From an uncultured Gemmatimonadales bacterium (lineage in GTDB: Bacteria > Gemmatimonadota > Gemmatimonadetes > Gemmatimonadales > GWC2-71-9), in NCBI GenBank assembly GCA_963748815.1, contig CAVVKJ010000008.1, forward strand, positions 128,001-192,000: 64,000 nucleotides of DNA, read 5' to 3'. Both the position numbers and the translations under genes were made by a program. The notes beneath the pieces were generated by a model. The model was not told where the DNA came from, did no database searches, and was given only the letters and a program-made list of their open reading frames with translations. This document shows, one piece after another, positions 20,472-33,765 of the stretch (the stretch's first letter is position 1; each line of letters begins with the position of its first letter).

Positions 20472-22595
20472 TCAAGCCGAGCGGGAAAGGACGCGCCGGA
20501 CGGTCTCCGCTACGTGGGCAGCGGTGAAGCCGAACTCCTCGAAGAGCCGCTCGCCGGGGGCGGAGGCGCCGAAGTGGTCGAGGCTCACCGCCTCGCCGCC
20601 ATCGCCGAGCCAGCGGTGCCAGCCGAAGGAGGTGGCGGCCTCAACGCTGACGCGGGCCCGGACGGCCGGCGGAAGCACGGCGTCCCGGTACGCGGCGGAC
20701 TGTGCGGCGAAGAGCTCCCACGAAGGGAGGCTCACCACTCGCACGCGCACGCCGTCCGTGAGCAGTTGATGCGCCGCATCGAGCGCCACCGACAGCTCCG
20801 ACCCGGTCGCCATGACCAGCGCCTGGGCGCCGCCCGGCGGGTCGAACAGGACATACCCGCCCCGCCGCACGCCGTCCGCCGAACCCAGCGTGCCGCGGTC
20901 GAGCACCGGCAGCTTCTGCCGCGTCAGCGCCAGCAGGGTGGGCCCATCCTGTCGCTGCACCGCCGCACGCCACGCTTCCACCGTCTCGTTGGCGTCGCCC
21001 GGCCGAAAGACCACCAGGTTGGGAATGGCCCGCAGCATCGCCAGCTGTTCGATCGGCTGGTGGGTGGGGCCGTCCTCGCCGACGCCGATCGAGTCGTGCG
21101 TGCCGAGATAGATCGTGGGGAGTCCCATCAGGGCGGCGAGCCGGATCGACGGCTTCATGTAATCGCTGAACACCAGGAAGGTGCTGCCGAAGGGGCGGAC
21201 CCCGCCGTGCGCCGCCATCCCGTTCATGCACGCGGCCATCGCATGTTCGCGAATGCCCCAGTGGACGGTCTGACCCACGGTGCCGGGACCGAAGTCGCCC
21301 CCCAGGCCGTGCGCCGTGCCGGTGCTCCCCGCCAGGTCGGCCGAGCCCCCCACGAGGTTCGGGAGGGAGGCCGCCAGCACCTTGAGCGCGGCGGCGGACG
21401 CCTTGCGAGTCTCGACCGCCTTCGCCTCCACGCCGAAGACGGGGAGCTTCGCGTCCCAACCCACGGGGAGCTCGCCCCCGAGCCATTGCGCAAACTCCGC
21501 CGCCTCGGCGGGATGGGCCGCGGCGTAACCCGACAGGAGCCGCTTCCACGCCGCCTCGGCGTCTGCGCCCCGGCTCGCGACCGCGCCCAGGTCGGTCCGT
21601 GCCGCTTCGGGCACGAAGAACGCCTCGTCGGGCCACCCGAGAATAGCCTTCGTCTTGCGGATCTCCTCGGCGCCGAGCGGCGCGCCGTGGGCGCCGGAGG
21701 TGTCCCGCTTGGTGGGGGCCGGGTCGCCGATGATGGTGCGGAGCACGATCAGCGTGGGCCGCTCCTCCTGCGCCCCCGCATCGGCCAGCGCCGCGTCGAT
21801 GGCGGCGAGGTCGTTCCCGTCGTCGACCCGCAGGACCCGCCAGCCGTACGCCTCGAACCGGGCGCCGACGTCCTCGGAGAAGGCCAGGTCGGTCCGGCCG
21901 TCGATGGTGATGCTGTTGTCGTCGTAGATGACGGTGAGTCTGCCGAGGCGCAGGTGGCCGGCCAGCGAGGCCGCCTCGGACGCCACCCCTTCCATCAGGT
22001 CGCCGTCGCTCGCCAGCACCCAGGTGCGGTGGTCGACGGGAGCGGCGTCGGGGCGATTGAAGCGGGCCGCCAGGAACCGTTCCGCCATCGCCATCCCGAC
22101 CGCGTTGCTGATGCCCTGGCCGAGCGGGCCGGTGGTGGTCTCGACACCGGCGGTGTGCCCGCGCTCGGGGTGGCCCGGCGTGCGGGATCCCCACTGGCGG
22201 AAGTCGCGGATGTCGTCGAGTGAAAGGTCGTACCCGGTCAGGTGCAGCAGGCCGTAAAGCAGCATCGAGGCGTGGCCGCAGGAGAGCACGAACCGGTCGC
22301 GGTCGGGCCAGCCGGGACGTCGGGGGCTGTGCTTCAGGTGCCGCGTCCACAGGAGGTAGGCCACCGGGGCGAGGGCCATCGGCGTGCCAGGGTGTCCGGA
22401 GTTGGCCTGCTCGACCGCCTCCATGGCGAGGACACGGATGGTGTTGATGCTGGTCCACGCGACATCGGGCTGGATGGGGGCGGCAGTCGGGGCGGTGGCA
22501 CGAGGCGCGGCGGTGTGAGGCGTCAGGACCCGACTCCCGGCTGGTGTGTTGCGGTGGCGATGCGGGGGTAAACGACGGAGGGAAAATAACACCAC
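20472..22595 (-). CDS. tkt: Transketolase (true start probably downstream of 22595)
   Basis: [55 protein letters not shown]. Confidence 0.97.
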   Translation of the reverse strand: MVLFSLRRLPPHRHRNTPAGSRVLTPHTAAPRATAPTAAPIQPDVAWTSINTIRVLAMEAVEQANSGHPGTPMALAPVAYLLWTRHLKHSPRRPGWPDRDRFVLSCGHASMLLYGLLHLTGYDLSLDDIRDFRQWGSRTPGHPERGHTAGVETTTGPLGQGISNAVGMAMAERFLAARFNRPDAAPVDHRTWVLASDGDLMEGVASEAASLAGHLRLGRLTVIYDDNSITIDGRTDLAFSEDVGARFEAYGWRVLRVDDGNDLAAIDAALADAGAQEERPTLIVLRTIIGDPAPTKRDTSGAHGAPLGAEEIRKTKAILGWPDEAFFVPEAARTDLGAVASRGADAEAAWKRLLSGYAAAHPAEAAEFAQWLGGELPVGWDAKLPVFGVEAKAVETRKASAAALKVLAASLPNLVGGSADLAGSTGTAHGLGGDFGPGTVGQTVHWGIREHAMAACMNGMAAHGGVRPFGSTFLVFSDYMKPSIRLAALMGLPTIYLGTHDSIGVGEDGPTHQPIEQLAMLRAIPNLVVFRPGDANETVEAWRAAVQRQDGPTLLALTRQKLPVLDRGTLGSADGVRRGGYVLFDPPGGAQALVMATGSELSVALDAAHQLLTDGVRVRVVSLPSWELFAAQSAAYRDAVLPPAVRARVSVEAATSFGWHRWLGDGGEAVSLDHFGASAPGERLFEEFGFTAAHVAETVRRVLSRSA

Positions 22596-22922
22596 GCGTC
22601 GCGGACCGTCACCCGCAATTCGGTGGCGCTGAGGGTTGGAGTGACATGGCGATTCGCTCTCGCGATCTGGGCGTGCCCTGCCGCGGGAGGCGGGTTGCGG
22701 GCCACAAGTCGGTCAGGGCAGGAAGAGGTTGTTGAGACCCAAGGTCTTTTGACACAATGACTTACGGCGATATTGCAGGATCGGTTGGGCGGACATTGGC
22801 GGCGTCCGCGGGTGCGGGGGCTGTCGTGGAAGGGTCCCCTGTGGTACTTTTAAGGGTTGAATTGACAACGCATTAGGCGGCCCGGATGGTCCGGACCGTG
22901 TACGACACTTCAGGCAGGGTTT

Positions 22923-23327
22923 GTGGCACGAACATCCAGACGACGCAGAAGTCCCAGCTCGAACGCCGCGGCAGTCGCGGCTCCTTCCTTCCGCCGGTCC
23001 GCCGGTCGCTCCTACTCCGGTCATCGCGAGTGGCTCCTCGCCGAACACGGCTCGATCTGCGCCTATTGCGGCATCGAGACGGCTCCGGAGGCGATTACGC
23101 TCGACCACGTCCGTCCGCGCCGCGGCCAGGACGCCTATGACCGCCCCGACAACCTGGTCCTCGCCTGCCGCGATTGCAACGCGGCCAAGGCCGACACACC
23201 CCTCGTCGCGTTTCTCATGCAGCGACGCTCCCGCGGCGTGTTTCTCCTGCACTACGGAGAGCACCTCTCCGAGCCGCTGAAGGAACTGGCCCGGAAGGCG
23301 TCGGAGAGGCCGATACTCCCTGCCTGA
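22923..23327 (+). CDS. HNH endonuclease (Zn-finger HNH)
   Basis: CAYCG...TLDHVRP...DNLVLACRDCNAAK; TTGACA at 22862 upstream. Confidence 0.85.
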   Translation: MARTSRRRRSPSSNAAAVAAPSFRRSAGRSYSGHREWLLAEHGSICAYCGIETAPEAITLDHVRPRRGQDAYDRPDNLVLACRDCNAAKADTPLVAFLMQRRSRGVFLLHYGEHLSEPLKELARKASERPILPA

Positions 23328-23344
23328 CGGCAGGGGGCGGGAAT

Positions 23345-23443
23345 GCGGGGAAGCGGGTCGGTAACAGCCGAAACGGAGAGTACCCAAGTGGGCGCTCTCC
23401 GTTCTCACATTGTTTCCGCTTCCCCGCTTCCCCGCTTCCCCGC
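23345..23443. repeat. Inverted pair of octamer arrays between convergent genes
   Basis: GCGGGGAAGCGGG (23345-23357) and CCGCTT(CCCCGCTT)2CCCCGC (23416-23443), the latter abutting the kgd stop. Confidence 0.8.
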
Positions 23444-27067
<3,624 letters not shown>

Positions 27068-27221
27068 GCACCACTCCGCTGCCTTGGGAAGTCCGTTCGC
27101 GGGGCCCCGGGGACCCCGGACAATCGTCCGAAAGATAACCGCGCGCCGCTCTTGCCTCCCTCCCCACGCCTCGGTAACCTCCCACGGGTCTCCCCGTGAC
27201 CTTCCCCCTCACCATCCTGCC

Positions 27222-28328
27222 ATGCGACTTCGCGCGCCGACGACGTTCCTTGCGGGCATGGCAGCCTTGGCGGCGTGCGAACGACCGACCGGCGCGGCCG
27301 TCATCGGGTATGCCTTTCCGCGGGACGGTCAGCGGGCGGCGCTGGTGGCGGCAGCAGCCCTGCCAGCGGACACCACGCTGGGGGCCACTCGCATCGTGGG
27401 CGACTGGGACTCTGGCGGGACCGAGTCGACGGTGGAGATCGCGAGGGCGCGGCGGCTGATTGCGCTGCCCGGGATCGTCGGGGTCGTGGGCCACGCCGGG
27501 AGCCGGAGCACCCTGATCACGGCGCCCATCTACACGGAGGCCGGCATCCCGCTGGTGGTGCCGACCGCCACGAGCGGCCGGCTCTGGGAGGTCGGGGATT
27601 GGATCTTCCCGATGGCCCCCACCGATTCTATCGAGGCGGCTTTCCTCGGCGAAACTGCGGTGGACGGACTCAAGGCGTCCCGCATCGCGGTGTACTTCGT
27701 CAACACGGCGTACGGCACCGGGATCCGGGCCGAACTTCGCCGCTGGCTGGCGGGGCGGGGCATGGCCCCCGTCGACGAGGTCCCCTACGTGATCGGCGCC
27801 GACCTGCAGACGCTCGTCGAGGCCTCCCTCCAGCGTGGCAAACCCGACCTCGCCCTGCTCGTGGGGCGCCGCGTCGAGGTCGCCCAGATGGCGGCCCTGA
27901 TCTTCGAGCACGACCCCTCCATCAAGCTGCTGGCGGCCGACGGCGCCTACGACCAGCTCGCCGAATTGATCGCCGCCGCCGGCGCCGCCGCCGACTCGCT
28001 CTACCTGACCACCTTCTGGGTGGCGGACACCACGGTCGAAGTTCAGCGCGAGTTCATCCGGCGTTACCGGCTCGAGACCGGCCGCGAACCGGCCGCCTTC
28101 GAGGCGATGCGTTTCGACGCCCTGATGGTGCTGGCCCAGGCCATCCGCGAGGTCGGTCCCGACCGGGCGGCGGTGCGCGACTGGCTCCATTCCCTCGGCG
28201 GGGAGCGCCCGCCGTACCAGGGCGTCACAGGCGACATCAGCTTCCGACGCGGGGCCCGGCGCAACCTGCTCCTGGTCCGGCTGCACGAGGGCGTCCCCGT
28301 GACGGTACCGGAAGCCGGGGTCTGGTAA
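27222..28328 (+). CDS. LivJ-type (branched-chain amino acid) periplasmic binding lipoprotein
   Basis: Lipobox LAAC; GVVGHAGSRST, PTATS, NTAYGTG, YQGVTGDISF. Confidence 0.8.
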   Translation: MRLRAPTTFLAGMAALAACERPTGAAVIGYAFPRDGQRAALVAAAALPADTTLGATRIVGDWDSGGTESTVEIARARRLIALPGIVGVVGHAGSRSTLITAPIYTEAGIPLVVPTATSGRLWEVGDWIFPMAPTDSIEAAFLGETAVDGLKASRIAVYFVNTAYGTGIRAELRRWLAGRGMAPVDEVPYVIGADLQTLVEASLQRGKPDLALLVGRRVEVAQMAALIFEHDPSIKLLAADGAYDQLAELIAAAGAAADSLYLTTFWVADTTVEVQREFIRRYRLETGREPAAFEAMRFDALMVLAQAIREVGPDRAAVRDWLHSLGGERPPYQGVTGDISFRRGARRNLLLVRLHEGVPVTVPEAGVW

Positions 28329-30289
28329 TGGCGACTGGCAGTCACCCCGTGGCGCGCCGCTGGCCGCGCGCGCTCAGCATCCGGACGCTCTTCCTGCTGC
28401 TCGTGAGCATGGTGGGGCTCTACGTCCTGGGTGTCTCGATCTTCCTCGCGGCGCGGATGCACCCCGGCGCGGTACTCCTCCGCCGGGACACCGAACCGGT
28501 GGTCGAGCTGTTCGGCGTCCTCAACGGCCGTTCCCAGCGACTCGAAGCGGAGGTGCGCGACCTGCAGGGGCTGGTGGCGCTCGGGCCGCCGGGGTACCCC
28601 GCCTCACTGACCCGACTGCGGGAGCAGCTCACCGAGGCGCCGGACGAGCGCAGCACGCGCGCCTTCACCGCCGTGCCGGAGGCCATGCGCACCGCGATGG
28701 CGACCGCCGACGAGGCGATCGCACACCTGGAGACGGCGGCGCTCGAAGTGGTGAGCCTCCTGGAGCTGGGCCGCTATGAGGCGGCCGCCGCCCGGATGAT
28801 GGCGGTCAACGCCCTCGTGGGCGAGATGAACCGGCACCTGGCCGAGGCGGAACGGCGCGGACTCTCCGACCTGGTGCGTCGGGAGGACGAACTTTCGCGC
28901 GCCACCGGCCAGGCGTTGCGGGCGGTGATCGTCTGGCTCGCCATCGGACTCTTCTTCCTGCCGATGGTGCTGCTGTTGGCGTATCGCCGGCTCGGGGCGC
29001 CACTGCGGGACCTCGAGGCGGGGCTGGCCCAGGTGGCCGAGGGAGACCTCCACGCCCAGGTGCCGGTCCGGCACGCCGACGAAATTGGCCGGCTCGCCGA
29101 CCACTTCAACCACATGACGTCGGTGCTTCGGGAGCGGGCGGAGGAGCAGGGGCGCTTCGCCGCCGCGGGGGAACTCATCGCGGGGGTGGCCCACGAGGTC
29201 AATAACCCGTTGATGGCCATCTCCGCCATTGCCCAGCAGCGGTTGGAGGACAACGACCTGCGCGCCGACGACCGGCAGGACCTGGTGCAGATTCTCCGGC
29301 AGTCCCGGCGCGCGGGCAAGCTGCTCTCCGGCCTCCTTCGGTTTGCGCGGAGCGGGAGCGAGCCGCGCGCGGAAACCGCCAACCTCGGCAAGGTCCTCCG
29401 CGAAGCCATCGACCTCGTGTCGTACCAGTTCGGCGTCGCCGAGATCACCCTCGACGCCGGCATCGCGGCCGAGTTGCCGAGGGTGTACGGCGATCCCGCC
29501 CGCCTCGAGCAGGTCTTCGTCAACCTGTTGAGCAACGCGATTCACGCTGTGCGGCAGGTGCCGCCGCCGCGGAAGATCGCGATCGCGAGCGGGCAGGACG
29601 CGGACGGCGTCTGGCTGACCCTCTCCGACAACGGTCCCGGCATCCCGACCACCGTCCATCGGCGGCTCTTCCGCCCGTTCGTCACCACCAAGGGGCGCCA
29701 GGGGACGGGGCTGGGGCTCTACATCTCGCGGCAAATCGTCCGCGACGCCGGGGGGGAGATCGAGGCGGATGCCGCACCGGAGGGGGGCGCGCGGTTCCGG
29801 ATCCGGTTGCGGCCCGCGGAGGATGGCGACTGGCTCATTACTCCGCGCGACCAGGTCCGCCCCGGCATCCCGGCCACGCTGCTGGGTGTGCGCGTGCTGG
29901 TGGTGGACGACGAGGCGGCGCTGCGGCGGCCGATCGCGCGGTTCCTGGCCCGTCGGGGGGCGGCGGTGGAGGAGGCGGGCGATGGGGTGGAGGCGCTGGA
30001 ACGGATTGCGGCGATGGACGGGAAGTTGGACGTCCTGCTCGCCGACCTGCGGATGCCAAGGATGGACGGCGTGGCGTTGCACGCCGAGCTGCGAAACCGC
30101 TATCCCGCGCTCGCCGACCGGGTGGTGTTCCTCTCCGGCGACCTTTCCCACCTGACGAGCGGCTCGCACACCATGCGCGCGGGGGAAAGCACCATTTCCG
30201 CCGACCGCATCCTGCTCAAGCCGGTGTCGCTGGAGGAGGTGGAGGCGCGCCTTCTCCAGGTGGTGCAGCAGGCGCCACCGGCGGGCTGA
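28328..30289 (+). CDS. Hybrid sensor histidine kinase (TM-HAMP-HisKA-HATPase-REC)
   Basis: DEIGRLADHFNHM, AHEVNNPL, QVFVNLLSNA, DNGPG, GTGLGL, VLVVDDE..DLRMPRMDG; TAATG overlap with the SBP gene. Confidence 0.92.
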   Translation: MATGSHPVARRWPRALSIRTLFLLLVSMVGLYVLGVSIFLAARMHPGAVLLRRDTEPVVELFGVLNGRSQRLEAEVRDLQGLVALGPPGYPASLTRLREQLTEAPDERSTRAFTAVPEAMRTAMATADEAIAHLETAALEVVSLLELGRYEAAAARMMAVNALVGEMNRHLAEAERRGLSDLVRREDELSRATGQALRAVIVWLAIGLFFLPMVLLLAYRRLGAPLRDLEAGLAQVAEGDLHAQVPVRHADEIGRLADHFNHMTSVLRERAEEQGRFAAAGELIAGVAHEVNNPLMAISAIAQQRLEDNDLRADDRQDLVQILRQSRRAGKLLSGLLRFARSGSEPRAETANLGKVLREAIDLVSYQFGVAEITLDAGIAAELPRVYGDPARLEQVFVNLLSNAIHAVRQVPPPRKIAIASGQDADGVWLTLSDNGPGIPTTVHRRLFRPFVTTKGRQGTGLGLYISRQIVRDAGGEIEADAAPEGGARFRIRLRPAEDGDWLITPRDQVRPGIPATLLGVRVLVVDDEAALRRPIARFLARRGAAVEEAGDGVEALERIAAMDGKLDVLLADLRMPRMDGVALHAELRNRYPALADRVVFLSGDLSHLTSGSHTMRAGESTISADRILLKPVSLEEVEARLLQVVQQAPPAG

Positions 30290-31904
30290 GGGGCCGCCAG
30301 GCGGCCAACTCGTTTCTCATCCGATTCTCGTCCCAGTCCAGCTCCCGCCCCAGGAGAGCCGCGACCCTCGGCGCCGCCTGTGCGCCGTGGTCGGTGGTCT
30401 CGTAGTGAAGGTGGATCCGGCGCACCAGCACATCGTCAATGCGGGTCGCCAGCTCCCGCCGCGCGTGGTGGACGACTTCCGCCTCGATGGCCGGGTGGTC
30501 GGGATGCAGGCGCGCCAGGAGTCCCCGTTCGAGGCGGCCCAGGTTGCAGATCGCCGCGGCCTCCGTGCCGTAGTGCGACAGCAGGTGGGCCGCCGTTTCC
30601 TCGCCAAGTCCGAGGTCGAGCACGGTCTGTCGCATCGGTTCGAGGTCGGCGGCCTCTCCTCCCGGGAGCGGCTCGGTGTCGGTCGGGGCGGCGGCGGGTC
30701 GCGGCCGTCCCTCGCGTCGCGTGAGCTCCGCCACCACCTCGTCCACGAGCTCCGCGGCCATGGAGCGGTAGGTCGTCAGCTTGCCCCCCGCGATGGTGAG
30801 CATTCCCGCCGGGCCCCGTCGGATGATGTGTTCCCGGCTCACCGAGGAGGCGGTACCTGGCTCCCCGGTCGCAAGCAGCGCGCGGACGCCGGCCCAGCGC
30901 GAGACGACGTCGTCTTCGGTCAGGTGCGCCTGGGGGAAACAGGCGTTGGCCGAGCGGAGGAGGTAGTGCACATCGGCCTCGCTCGGCGTCGCAGCCTCCG
31001 GCGGGCCTGGTTCGTCGGTGTCGGTGGTGCCGATGTAGGAGAATTCGCCCCAGGGGAGGACGAACATCACCCGGCCGTCGATCGGACTCGTCAGGGTAAC
31101 GGCGTCGGTGTGGCCCAGCCGCTCGCGGCGGACCATAACGTGCGCCCCGCGAGTGCGTCGGAGGATCGGCCGGGCGGCGGGGTCCTCGAGCCGACGGAGG
31201 CCGTCGGTCCAGGGGCCGGTGGCGTTGACGACGACGGCCGCCCGCACCTGCGCCTGGCGCATGAACTCGTCCTCGACGATCGCCCCGCGCACCGCGCCGC
31301 CGCTCCGCTCGAGGCCGATCACGCGGGTGTAGGTCGCCACATCGGCGCCGTGCAGCATCGCCGAGCGGGCCGTGGCGATCACCAGGCGGGCATCGTCGCA
31401 CTGGGCGTCAAAGTACCGGGCGCCGCCGACGAGCCCCCGCTCGCGCAGCATCGGCTCCCGGGCGAGCAGGGCACGCTTGCCGAGGATGCGGTGTCGGCGC
31501 ACATTCCGGAGCGGGGCCAGCAGGTCGTAGAGCAGCATCCCGGCGGCCAGCTTCCAGAGCGGCACCCGGTCGCCCTTGTGCACGGGAAATACGAAGGGCA
31601 GCGGGCGCACGAGGTGGGGCGCAATCGTGAGGAGCGTCCGGCGCTCTCGCGTGGCCTCCCGCACCAGGTGAAATTGCCCCTGTTCGAGGTAGCGCAGGCC
31701 GCCGTGGATCAGGCGGCTGGACAGCGAGCTGGTTCCCGAGGCGAGATCCCGGGCTTCGATCAGTGCCGTGCGGTAGCCCCGCATGGCGGCGTCCCGGGCG
31801 ATTCCCGCGCCGGTGATGCCACCTCCGATGACGAGCAGGTCGTATGGCCGTGCCGTTAGCCGGTCCAATGTCGCACAGCGGAAGGAAACGTTACGAGTGT
31901 CCAT
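30216..31904 (-). CDS. glpD: FAD-dependent glycerol-3-phosphate dehydrogenase
   Basis: DLLVIGGGITGAGIARDAAMRG, GTSSLSSRLIHGGLRYLE, DDARL, GTTDT, SREH, GGKLTTYR. Confidence 0.93.
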   Translation of the reverse strand: MDTRNVSFRCATLDRLTARPYDLLVIGGGITGAGIARDAAMRGYRTALIEARDLASGTSSLSSRLIHGGLRYLEQGQFHLVREATRERRTLLTIAPHLVRPLPFVFPVHKGDRVPLWKLAAGMLLYDLLAPLRNVRRHRILGKRALLAREPMLRERGLVGGARYFDAQCDDARLVIATARSAMLHGADVATYTRVIGLERSGGAVRGAIVEDEFMRQAQVRAAVVVNATGPWTDGLRRLEDPAARPILRRTRGAHVMVRRERLGHTDAVTLTSPIDGRVMFVLPWGEFSYIGTTDTDEPGPPEAATPSEADVHYLLRSANACFPQAHLTEDDVVSRWAGVRALLATGEPGTASSVSREHIIRRGPAGMLTIAGGKLTTYRSMAAELVDEVVAELTRREGRPRPAAAPTDTEPLPGGEAADLEPMRQTVLDLGLGEETAAHLLSHYGTEAAAICNLGRLERGLLARLHPDHPAIEAEVVHHARRELATRIDDVLVRRIHLHYETTDHGAQAAPRVAALLGRELDWDENRMRNELAAWRPLSPPVAPAAPPGEGAPPPPPATPA

Positions 31905-32454
31905 GGCTTCCGAAGGGCGGCTGGTCCTGCCCAGTACCTGGTTCACGTGGCACGATTACCTCATTCGTCCGGGAATGCGCGTCCTGGATCTCGCGTGTGG
32001 CACGGGCCGGCACAGTCTTGCCGCCGCCGCGCGGGGGGCCGAGGTCACGGCCTGGGACCGAAGCGCCGCCAAGCTGGAGGAGGGCCGTGCGGCGGCGGCG
32101 GCGCGCGGCGTCCGGGTCGAGTGGCAGGAGGTAGATCTCGAGGGCGACTGGCCCGCGGCGCCGCCTTTTGATGCCGTGCTCCAATTCAACTATCTTGACC
32201 GGGAGCGCATGACGCGGGTACTGGACGCGCTCGCCCCTGGTGGAACGCTCATCATGGAGACGTTCCTGACCACCCAGCGGGACCTGGGCTGGGGGCCGAC
32301 GAACGAGAAGCACCTGCTGGACCGGGGCGAACTGGCCAGCCTGATCGGGCCGCTGGAAGTCCTCCACGGCCGCGAGGTGCTCGAACCGGTGGACGTGGAA
32401 CGCTGGCGCGCGGTCGCGAGTGTCGTGGCCCGCCGGCGTCCTGATGAACCTTAA
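31903..32454 (+). CDS. Class I SAM-dependent methyltransferase (TehB-like)
   Basis: RVLDLACGTGRHS, FDAVLQFNYL, LAPGGTLIMETF. Confidence 0.85.
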   Translation: MASEGRLVLPSTWFTWHDYLIRPGMRVLDLACGTGRHSLAAAARGAEVTAWDRSAAKLEEGRAAAAARGVRVEWQEVDLEGDWPAAPPFDAVLQFNYLDRERMTRVLDALAPGGTLIMETFLTTQRDLGWGPTNEKHLLDRGELASLIGPLEVLHGREVLEPVDVERWRAVASVVARRRPDEP

Positions 32455-32469
32455 CACACGAACGATAAC

Positions 32470-33765
32470 ATGCTGACGATCCCAGCCGGACGACGGGCAG
32501 CCGTCGTCGCCGGCATGCGGACTCCCTTCGCAAAGAGCGGCACGGCGCTCAAAGACGTCAACGCAGTCACCCTGGCCCGCCACGCCACGAAGGAACTGCT
32601 CTACCGGATGGACCTGTCGGGCGCCGAGGTGGACGAAGTCATCTTCGGGCAGGTCATCCCCTCGGTCCTGGTGCCCAATCTCGCCCGCGAAGTGAGCCTC
32701 CTCCCCCAGTTTCCCAAGACCATCCCCGCCTACTCCCTCAACCGCGCCTGTGCCTCCGGTGCGCAAGCCGTCGTCAACGCCGCCGACCAGATCATGCTTG
32801 GACGGGCCGATGTCGTCGTCGCCGGCGGTGCCGAATCGCTCTCCGACATCCCGATCCTGCATTCCCGGCGATTCAGCGCGCTCCTGGTCGAGGCGAGCAA
32901 GGCGCGGAGCCTCCCCCAGCGACTCGGCGTCCTGTCCCGGGTCAGGCCGCGGGACCTCGTGCCGGTCACCCCCGCGATCGCGGAGCCCTCCACCGGTGAA
33001 TCGATGGGGCAGTCCGCCGAGAAGATGGCGCAGGAAAACGGCATCCGGCGGGAGGACCAGGACCGGATCGCGCTGTTGAGTCACCAGCGGGCCGCCGCCG
33101 CCACGGCCGATGGTCGCCTCACCGCGGAAATCGCCCCCTGGTTCGGGGGCCGCGGGATGGACGACATTCTGGCCAGCGACAACGGCATCCGCGCCGACAC
33201 CTCGCTGGAGGCGCTGGCCAAGCTCAAGCCCGTCTTTGACCGCCGGTACGGGTCGGTCACCGCCGGTAACGCCTCGCCGTTGACCGATGGTGGCGCGGCC
33301 GTGGTGATGATGGCCGACGAGAAGGCGCGCGCCCTTGGCTATCGTCCGCTCGCCACGGTGCGGAGCTACGCCGTGGCGGCGGTGGACCCGGGGTGGCAGC
33401 TCCTCATGGGGCCCGCCATCGCGGTGCCCCGCGCCCTCGAGCGCGCCGGGCTCACCTGGAACGACCTCGGCCTGGTCGAAATTCACGAGGCATTCGCGGC
33501 GCAGGTCCTGTCGAACGTGCAGGCCTGGGGCTCGAAGGCGTGGGCCGATCGCCTCGGCCTTCCCGCTCCGGTGGGTGAGGTCAACTGGGACATCACCAAC
33601 GTGCTCGGCGGCTCGATCGCGATCGGGCATCCCTTCGGCGCCACCGGCGCGCGGATCGTCACCACCCTTGCGAACGAAATGCAGCGCCGGGACGTCCAGT
33701 TCGGGCTGATTTCCATCTGCGCCCAGGGCGGGATGGGGTTCGCCATGGTTCTGGAGCGCGCATGA
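32470..33765 (+). CDS. fadI: Acetyl-CoA C-acyltransferase (thiolase)
   Basis: NRACASG, NASPLTDG, EIHEAFAAQ, GHPFGATG, CAQGGMG. Confidence 0.93.
   Translation: MLTIPAGRRAAVVAGMRTPFAKSGTALKDVNAVTLARHATKELLYRMDLSGAEVDEVIFGQVIPSVLVPNLAREVSLLPQFPKTIPAYSLNRACASGAQAVVNAADQIMLGRADVVVAGGAESLSDIPILHSRRFSALLVEASKARSLPQRLGVLSRVRPRDLVPVTPAIAEPSTGESMGQSAEKMAQENGIRREDQDRIALLSHQRAAAATADGRLTAEIAPWFGGRGMDDILASDNGIRADTSLEALAKLKPVFDRRYGSVTAGNASPLTDGGAAVVMMADEKARALGYRPLATVRSYAVAAVDPGWQLLMGPAIAVPRALERAGLTWNDLGLVEIHEAFAAQVLSNVQAWGSKAWADRLGLPAPVGEVNWDITNVLGGSIAIGHPFGATGARIVTTLANEMQRRDVQFGLISICAQGGMGFAMVLERA

Noticed and set aside
22596..22860. Long intergenic region as possible ncRNA
   Set aside because: No recognisable RNA family motif or convincing structure; likely divergent promoters.
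27275..28327. 1004 aa ORF suggesting an SBP-kinase fusion
   Set aside because: The first ~350 aa are an Arg/Gly-rich shadow frame; the SBP has its own stop overlapping the kinase ATG.
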